A DNA stretch of 64,000 nt from Schizochytrium sp. TIO01 (lineage: Eukaryota > Protista > Bigyra: Labyrinthulomycetes): assembly GCA_004764695.1 (NCBI GenBank), contig SMSO01000031.1, positions 3,634,436 to 3,698,435 on the forward strand, written 5' to 3'. This document shows positions 55,955 to 64,000 of this stretch, in pieces; position 1 is the first letter of the stretch; each line of letters begins with the position of its first letter. Made by a program: the position numbers and the translations under genes. Below the pieces are notes generated by a model. It searched no databases. It saw nothing but the letters and a program-made list of their open reading frames with translations, and had not been told where the DNA came from.

Positions 55955-57017
55955 AATCAGGAACAGCTTCAATAAAACTTCTCATTAGATCTCCATAGAC
56001 ACAAAGTAATCAACGTTTAGATTTAAACGTTTGACTCTTCAAAACGACAAGCTGAGAGTTGACGCTTTAGACTGCGAGACATTATTTTGGTGGGCAGGGT
56101 TTCGAGGCGAAGTTCTACCACTGATATGAAGTCCAAAACAACAACATTTCACTGAAACATGGTAAGTGAACAAGGCTTCTACAAGAACGTGTCGTTCTAC
56201 ACTCACATTTTTAATTATGGCTGAAGAAGTCCCCCAATCGTAAATGCAAATAGCAAGTCACTATGTGGGAACCTCATCCAATATCAGTGAGTTCTTGCTA
56301 CAAGTAGGGAGGGCTGTTTCTCACACAGTCTTGTTGAAGGTTCTTTAATGTACGTATTAAGCTATAAACTCTGCATTTTATAACTTTTCTTTCTTGTAAA
56401 TGATTCAATAATATGGATCGTTATTGTTCTTTAAAGAAGAAAAGGTAAAAAGAGATATTGAAATAGGGACACAGTTTCCTGCGCAGTATAGGTAACCAAG
56501 CTTCTGATACTGATCCTTAAAGTTCGTAATAATTGTCGGCTCCGAATTTACATAGTGGGGATCACATCAAGTCTATGACTCAACTTTCCATTCCAATGTA
56601 GCAGGTTGAAACTTTAGTTTCTTGTCTATGCCTCCTCGAAAAGCTAGGTGGCGCAGAGTTCTACGTATGTCTAGGGGTTTCAAGGTAAATATAAAGAATC
56701 GCCTTTCAAACTCGAGCTGGCCAAGCTATACAGCTTGTAACCTCTACCTAAGCATTTAGTTTACAGCAGGGGGGTGGAGATCGCATTGGGTTACTGTGAG
56801 GAGCAATATGCATGAAATTGCATGCTAATATATGAACAAGAATTTCTCGCGTTAATAGAAGTGGTAGACTTTGTTTTGTAAACGAATTCTTTAAAAGATA
56901 ATGCATTGATCCATGATTGTATCATAAATATGTCTCAAAATATAAAGTCATGCATTTGGGCAAAAGTAGTAGTATTCCGACATGAGCATTGGGTTCAATT
57001 CGTTGCATCATGGTGCT

Positions 57018-57824
57018 TTAGCGCGCACCAAGGCATCGGCGACCACCATCAATGGTGAGATGAGTTCCAGTAATAAAATCACTCTTGGACGAATCCGCGA
57101 GAAAGAGGATAGCTTCGGCTGCTTCTTCGGGCTTGCCAACACGGCCCAAGGGATGTGTGACTTCTACAGAACGTTTGAGGAAGTTATCGTATTGCTCATC
57201 GCTAAGACCACCACGTTTCTGCAATTCCGTCACAATGACGCCAGGGTTCACTGTATTGCAACGAATACCCTTTGGCGCAAGATCTACAGCAGCACAATCA
57301 GTGAGCATGTCGACACTGGCTTTCGAGGCGCAGTAAGCAGCCACTCCTCCAAATGATTGAAGGCCATTGACCGAAGAAACATTGACGATTGAGCTGGTGG
57401 GTTCGCCCTTGGCTTTGATCATGTAGGGGATAGCCTTAGTCATGAAGCAAAAGACGCCACGTGCATTCACATTGAAGTTAAAGTCCCAGTTTTCCATGGA
57501 AGCATCACCAACAGCTCCACCCTTAAGCACGCCGGCGCAATTGACAAGAATATCAAGCTTTCCATTATCACTCAAAGAGGAAACAGATTCTTGAACAATG
57601 CGTTCGACATCACTGTCCTGAGTGACATCGCCCGGGAAGCAGCCCACTTTGGGAGCGTCAGTACCAAGTTCTTGTTTGATCTTGTCCATGAGCTCTTTAA
57701 GAGCAGACTCTTGGCGGCCAGTGAGTGCAACAGAGCATCCATGTTTCGCCAAGGTCAACGCTGCAGCAGCGCCAATACCGGAGGAAGCTCCGGTGACTAG
57801 AGCAAGCTTTCCACGAAGCGACAT
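57018..57824 (-). CDS. Classical short-chain dehydrogenase/reductase (FabG-like) (268 aa)
   Basis: VTGASSGIG, LDILVNCAG, NVSS, YCASK, IRCNTVNPG, HPLGRVGKPEEAA, FITG..IDGG. ATG at 57824. Confidence 0.93.
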   Translation of the reverse strand: MSLRGKLALVTGASSGIGAAAALTLAKHGCSVALTGRQESALKELMDKIKQELGTDAPKVGCFPGDVTQDSDVERIVQESVSSLSDNGKLDILVNCAGVLKGGAVGDASMENWDFNFNVNARGVFCFMTKAIPYMIKAKGEPTSSIVNVSSVNGLQSFGGVAAYCASKASVDMLTDCAAVDLAPKGIRCNTVNPGVIVTELQKRGGLSDEQYDNFLKRSVEVTHPLGRVGKPEEAAEAILFLADSSKSDFITGTHLTIDGGRRCLGAR

Positions 57825-58654
57825 GATAAAGATCTTGCTTTGTCCGCTCTTCAAGTCTGTCAAAGAACAATCTCCTGCCTTCCACGCTGGCTAAAGGGGC
57901 TTTGCTCTGGGTTTGGATCTTTCAATATGTTTGATTGAGAAGAAGTAGTTATCCAACCGGGTTTGGCAAATGAGGTTTGCATAAACCTTTGTGTAGAAGT
58001 TGTATCTTCAAGCCTTTGCAATAATCTTTCCTAGATGGTGTGCCAGCACAAAAATGAGCAAGCCTATTAAAACAAGTAGTAGGAAGTTCTAGTAAATAAT
58101 AGGTACTTAGATGTGGCTAGAAGGTAGTATTGAACGATGCGAGGGTGTTTCCATCCTGCGATCTACCATGTTTGTGGTCTGAGAACATTCGCGGCACGTG
58201 CTTGCAAAAGATGATGAGCTCAATCTCGAGCAAACAGTACAGTGTAGTGAATGACCTTCTCAAATTAGTAGACAAGAACGATCTTTTAGCTATGTAGTGG
58301 GCGACACCTAACAGAAGTGACATTTGTATGGCACTTGCACGGAGCTCAAGTTTCCTCGTATCGGTAACATATTATGCCAAAGTGAAGCTGATTATTTTCT
58401 AAAAGTTGTATATTACTCGACTACATAAGGTTCTTACTGAAATCTCTTACTATTACTCAACAACTCAACATAAGTAATCTATCCGAAACACCGTTTGCAT
58501 TTTTATGAGATTAACCCAAAGAAAAATGGAATACCATGAAATGCCGAGTTCAAAACACGTATTCCACCATTGCAAGAGTTTAGTTCTAACAAGGAGCAAT
58601 TCATGCTCTACTATGCACACTTTGCGCCAGCAATCTCCTTTCGAATTGTGCAAT

Positions 58655-59722
58655 CTACAGTAATGATACTGCATCAGATGGCAACTGTGCATTCCACGAC
58701 TCCCATAAAGCGCTTGTAAATTCGCGGTTAAGACACGCTGGGTGTGCAGGCCAGAGAAAGAGTGACTCAGAGCATGCTGTAGCTTTTTGCATGTTTTCTG
58801 CAAGCCATAATGCAGCAGTCCGGAGTAAAAATGGTTTCTCACCCCAGAGAAGAAATCCTGGGACACGGTAAGGGATCAAAATTCGAGATGACGATTGGAT
58901 GTCTTCCATAGGAAAGTCATCAAATGCAAATGCAGCCATTAACGTGTATCTCGCTCCATCAAAGGTAGTGAATCTCCTTAACTCTGGAGGCCGAGATGGA
59001 TCTCCAGCACTAATAAGTTTGTCGCGTTGGTCAACTGGGATACTAAGATTTGATTGCACCATTCCAGGAGCAAATGCTTGAATTTGAACTTTGGATCCTT
59101 TGTGTTTTAATCGTGCAGCAAGCTCTGTAGCAAAAACATTGAGCGCCAGTTTGCTGTTCGCATAAGCGGCAAGAAGCCCTTTGAGGGAGTAATCAAATCG
59201 TGGTGGGCTTGTGAGCTGGTCTGGCTCACCAGCCCATTGAAGGATAGAACTAGTTAATACAACTCGTGCAGGGAGGTCAGAAGATTCGAGGCTTGGTAGG
59301 AGCAAATGTGTAAGCAGAATGGGACCAAGGAAATTGCTCGTGTACAAGAGATCCATTCCAGACGATTCGCTTTTCACAGGGCCTTTATAGCCAGCATACG
59401 ACATGCCAGCATTTAAGAAGAGGAGGTCGATCTTATGCAAAGACTTGGTGTTAAGCCAATCTGCAAGGTTGCGAACTTGGTCAAAGTTACTGAGATCAGC
59501 ATGCTGATACCACACCATGTCCGAGCCATATCTATTTGCTAACGCTTCGGCTACATTTCGGCAGCGGTTTTCTGATCTTCCGTGCACGAGAACTCTTGCT
59601 CCGCGTTCAAGCAGTTGTTTCGCTAGTTCCAGCCCAATGCCACTAGTGCTGCCTGTCACGACCGCAGTTCTACCTCGCAAAGTAGGCGGCAACTGTATGC
59701 ATATCTTGATCTGCTCGTCCAT
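58655..59722 (-). CDS. Short-chain dehydrogenase/reductase, retinol dehydrogenase/WWOX-like (355 aa)
   Basis: VTGSTSGIGLE, HADLSNFDQV, LFLNAG, NFLGPILLTHLLLP, RVVLTSS, YANSKLA, PGMVQSNL. First ATG at 59722 (track start is TTG). Confidence 0.9.
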   Translation of the reverse strand: MDEQIKICIQLPPTLRGRTAVVTGSTSGIGLELAKQLLERGARVLVHGRSENRCRNVAEALANRYGSDMVWYQHADLSNFDQVRNLADWLNTKSLHKIDLLFLNAGMSYAGYKGPVKSESSGMDLLYTSNFLGPILLTHLLLPSLESSDLPARVVLTSSILQWAGEPDQLTSPPRFDYSLKGLLAAYANSKLALNVFATELAARLKHKGSKVQIQAFAPGMVQSNLSIPVDQRDKLISAGDPSRPPELRRFTTFDGARYTLMAAFAFDDFPMEDIQSSSRILIPYRVPGFLLWGEKPFLLRTAALWLAENMQKATACSESLFLWPAHPACLNREFTSALWESWNAQLPSDAVSLL

Positions 59723-62700
59723 CACGAAAGAAAAAACTGCTTTTAGAATAACAGCTGAGAGCCACCGTCTCCGCCCAACTAGGCTTGCGCAATTGATAAG
59801 CACCAAGCGACTCCTATCGTGTATTGCGTGTTTCACGAAGTCTGGCGAAAAAAAATAACCATTGTGAAGATACTTTGATAACAACCACTACGATGTCTTT
59901 TTCTTTTAAGCTTCAAATTATTCATTCGTTCCTAGTGTGTTCAATATATTATTTCGCCCTAGTTTCCTTAGTTGAGGGAAAACCTTCAGCTGATGCCACG
60001 CGTAACTTCTTAGCCAGGTAGGTACCATGAAGTAGTCATGGATTCTGTTCTCCCGACAAGTACTTGAGAAAGGTAGTAGCACCAGCTGCAAGATTTAGAG
60101 CTTGGCCACTCTTAAGATGAAGGACAAGTATGCTACTTTGTCCATAAATAGGGTAAATTAAGACGTCATACAGCTCATCTTCTCCAAAAGAAACAAAAAC
60201 TGTGAATGGAAAATGTTATTTCAGCGAATTGTATGTGAGCATCACGAAACATGCCTTTCTCTGAAAAAGTTATACATCGACAAGCTCCGGAAAACGTGAA
60301 GTCGCATATTTGCGGAAGGTTATTGGAAATGACATTGCGGATCAATCTATACTCGATAGCATCTTATTTAAAAAGAGCAACGATCTCCTTCCGAACATTT
60401 GAGTTGATATTGTGGGAGGAAGTTTAGGTTGGAAATGACGAAGGGAGGGATACATGACACACTCTTTTGTTTGGTCTTCTTTTACTCCACGCCACTGAGG
60501 AAATTGAATTATTTTTGGGGATAAGTGACCCAACTAATAATGTCTTTTGTTTGAAGAAACACGTATGAGATACAAAGAGACAGCAGCGGAAAGTTAAAGG
60601 AGATTTTAAGGTGTAAACTATTCGAGCTGGAGGAGAAGTTGGGATCGGTATACTTAGCAATTGACGCAGTCTAGTACTTCTAGTGCAGTAAATCTACATC
60701 GGTATCTACAGTACTTTTGGCAAAAGACCCTTGCAATAGATTGGAAACCTCATGGATAAAACTAGTCTTAGTAGATCGCAAGCTTGCCAGACTCTAGTGA
60801 TGCATCAAGATATGTATGGCGACTGATTGCTTTGAACTTAAATGCTGAAGAAAACCAAGTTATTCATTTAATAATCTTGAATATTCTAGCTAAGAGGAGC
60901 ACGTTTAGATCTAGATCTAGCAATTTAGGTGCTCAGAGAAGGGAAGGCAATACACCAGAAGTTGACTCTCATCGCTAAAATAAGTTCGCCTACGGGTTAT
61001 CCATAAGCAAGCAATACGTCGAATTATATCATATTGGACCACTTCATCGTAGCACAGAAACCGCCACATTGCGTTAGCTTAGAAGGAGTAATGCAAATTG
61101 GTGGTTCAATCTGCTACACACATTTTTTATGGAATATGAATTTGCTGGAAAACCTCGTTCTTGAGATAATGCGTAAGTTGATGTAGTTTCTTTTTCTTTT
61201 CTTTTTTCCAAAACCTGCAAAACGTACTGATGTAATTTTTGTGGGTGATTGCAAGGTAAAGCCAACATTAATAAAAAGAAAGTTCTGGTCTCTTCAAGTC
61301 TGAATCAAATTATCTTAGAAGATCATATAGAAACTGTATCGAATTCAAAAGTAAAACTCTAATTGCTAATAACACGAAGACTATCCTAGATATTAAAAAA
61401 CAAACAAATACAAGGTTATGAAGCCAGGGAATTCAAGAATTGAAGCTGCAAATACGTTTTCAACAGGAGACATAGCATAGAGAAGATTAAATTGTTTTCG
61501 AACGAGATTATATAACTTGAATTCCTCACCTATGTGGATTACAGATCAAAGTAGTCTCTTAATTGCAACCAGGGCCAGGTCACTTGAGAGACCGGTTCCA
61601 AGATCAGCAGATCGCTAACCCTCAAGCCAGAGTAAAGAAAGCCTTCCTAAAAATTTAAATATTCAAGTCTCGTACCACTATCCTATGTGAATCTTTCAAT
61701 GACAAGTCTCGTCTTTGAGTAGGAATTCAACTGTTGGGAAGTTCATAACAATGAGTCTATAGCCTCTCAAAATATATAGAGAGGTTATGGTCAATAGTTG
61801 TTTCAATAAACTAACTCAAGACGTAGCTGTAAGTCCTTCGTGCAGGATTTACAACTAACAAATTTCTGTTCTCCTTTCTTGAGTATCACTATTACCAAAT
61901 AGCTACGAAGGGGAGACATCGCTCCCGCCGACTAAGTTCTATGTAAAATATCAAGGTAGCAGAGCTTGGATGACTCTAGTGCTTTCATGTGCTAGTTTGA
62001 GAAGCCCAAAGTGAAATGACAAGGTTCTCAACAAGCATACACTTGCCAAAAGAGGCCCTGGTCAAGATATCTACAAATATACAGAGATGAGTTGTTCGTT
62101 GGCTTGCGCAACACATTAAAAGATCTGTTTAATCGACCTGCTCTTCTGAATCACCTATACTTTTATTAGTATACTAGTCAATTGTGAGGTGTATTTTGTA
62201 GAGTGCAAGTAGCAAACTGGCCAAAAGTTTTGACTATACTTTGTAATCAAGAGCAACGTGATCTACCACGTGTCAAAGAAGTAGCTGACAACCCTGTTGC
62301 GTAGAAGAAGAACGTCTGATGATGCCTAACACATGCCTCAAATTCGTACCAATCAAATACTTGTTTGACAATGATGGCTTTGGTCTAAGTCAGAACAAAT
62401 ATTTGCATAGAATATTCCAAAACCCTAATATATGATCAACCTGTCAACATGACCTTCGCTCTCAAGTCATATTGCTTAGGGCTTTCTTTCTCATGAATAC
62501 AGAGTTTTCCCTGAAAGGAGTGACCACAGTTTGGGTAATTAGGTCATAAATACAACGAGCATATACAAGTACTATAGTGTTGTGAGACACCATGCAAAGA
62601 TTTGCTATTACACTTCATGCACAATCGAATTGTGATATCTACAACCAAAGACACTTATGGCCATGGCGTCAAAGTAGTTTCTGGCGTCCATTGTAAGCCC

Positions 62701-64000
62701 TCAACGAGTTAGGTCTTACAAAGAATCAGAACCAAAACAGCCATATGCATAATTCTGAACTCAAGGTAATCGAGGATCGGGAGTGGACATTTATATTTAC
62801 TAATCTCAAGTATGTTGAAGAATAAAATGATGGTTAAAAAGTTAGATGAAACTGGCCTTTTCATTTATCTTTAGTACTGATAAAGCCTTAGTTTCCTACT
62901 TATAACATGGATCAGTGTTTCCTGAAGCTCATTTTTTAGAGACAAAGCAGATGAGCATTCCAATTCTCTTGTCCTCAACTTCTTAACTAACCTCTAGCTG
63001 ACCAGAGTAACCTTTCACCAAATTATGAATAGGCACCACATAAGGAGAAATACTTCTACTGCGAAGCAATCAATAGGGGAAGGAGTAACTAACTCAAAAG
63101 AGGGCCATTGAAAAAAATCAACTACCAAAGCAAGCAAATTCTAGATAAAATGTTCGCGAGCGCGAAGGGCCATTTCAGGTTGCTGGAGATTCTGCTCACA
63201 GCTACAAAACATATTCAAATTACCAGGAGCGTGATGGTTTAATGAAGATGTGTAGAATGACGATTTTCTTTGTGAGCTGTTGGTGTAGCTTGACACTCTA
63301 ATTGATTATTGTCTATACTTAACAATTTGCAATAGCATGGGGTGGAAGCACGCGCAAGAGTTATTTGGATGCCTATATATGCATACAAGAGAAGCCAAAA
63401 GCGAAAGCAAGAGTCAAATGTTCAAAGCGGTACTTCTTAATTTACTTGCTGCAGCTGCACAGCCGAATTCAAGCACTCTGGCATGTTTTCTGTACACGAG
63501 GAGTTGGTTGAAGCCAACAAAGCAATAGCAGCACTGCGAGAAGAATCTGTAGCTCTTGAATATCCTAAAAGCATTGCCTCGAATGTAAAAAGACGAATCT
63601 CTACAAATATCTCAACAAATCAAGATTTCTCTTGTTTCGCATTCGGTTAGCCTAGTAACGTTTCAGTGTGGTGATGCTATTCGGACATTGTCGCAGACTT
63701 TAATCGTCAGGAATTTCTGCTGGTTGGGACTGAGAAACGCAAGAGCTAATCTATCACTATTGCTTTGGCAGGCCAAGCTAATTAACGATTCATGCATACT
63801 AGGAAGAAATCATCATTTTAGCCTTACATTCAATAAACCTGCTGTTTTCCTCTTGCTTTGGCTATCTTTAAAAATAAATTCTGTCGTCAGTTTGCTTTCT
63901 ATCAAGCTCGTGGATCAAGAGACGGCCCTCAACAGCCAAGTCTTTGGGCTGTGCCTGGGTTTAAGCAGCCTTCCATTTATAGTGCGTTCTCGAGAGTGTG

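Noticed and set aside
48571-59722. Biosynthetic gene cluster around the variant ALS (GDPD, two SDRs)
   Set aside because: No PKS, NRPS, terpene or other core synthase in the window, and DMAP1 is a housekeeping gene. Self-resistance remains a hypothesis without a linked pathway.

Overview
Gene-dense, nearly intron-free eukaryotic nuclear DNA, most likely from a thraustochytrid (Labyrinthulomycetes, Aurantiochytrium/Schizochytrium-like). This is inferred from the acetolactate synthase sequences as I recall them, the compact gene layout and the microsatellite-rich intergenic DNA. About 14 protein genes are supported: a small multi-pass membrane protein; TFIIH helicase XPB; a degenerate agmatine-deiminase-like protein; a 2256-aa RUN-PX-Rubicon-homology protein; Cep57-like; NACHT-WD40 (NLR-like); an Sfi1-like repeat protein; a membrane-anchored alpha-2-macroglobulin/thioester protein (GCFEQ); a HIT-family protein; two tandem acetolactate synthase (AHAS/ALS) genes; a two-exon GDPD; DMAP1/SWC4; and two SDRs. 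The most striking signal is the ALS pair, 7080 bp apart. The copies are nucleotide-identical over long blocks, yet the second keeps discrete divergent patches that include the sulfonylurea-binding loop (GQVPTSAVGTDAFQ -> GQVATAVAGSDGFQ), which looks like a naturally inhibitor-resistant or neofunctionalised paralog. A possible innate-immunity neighbourhood (NACHT-WD40, thioester protein, Rubicon-like) is also notable. Three apparent single-base deletions (two in XPB, one in the Sfi1-like gene) suggest assembly indel errors. Several supplied ORFs start at GTG/TTG; I moved starts to the first in-frame ATG. All family calls come from motif recognition by eye; no searches were run.
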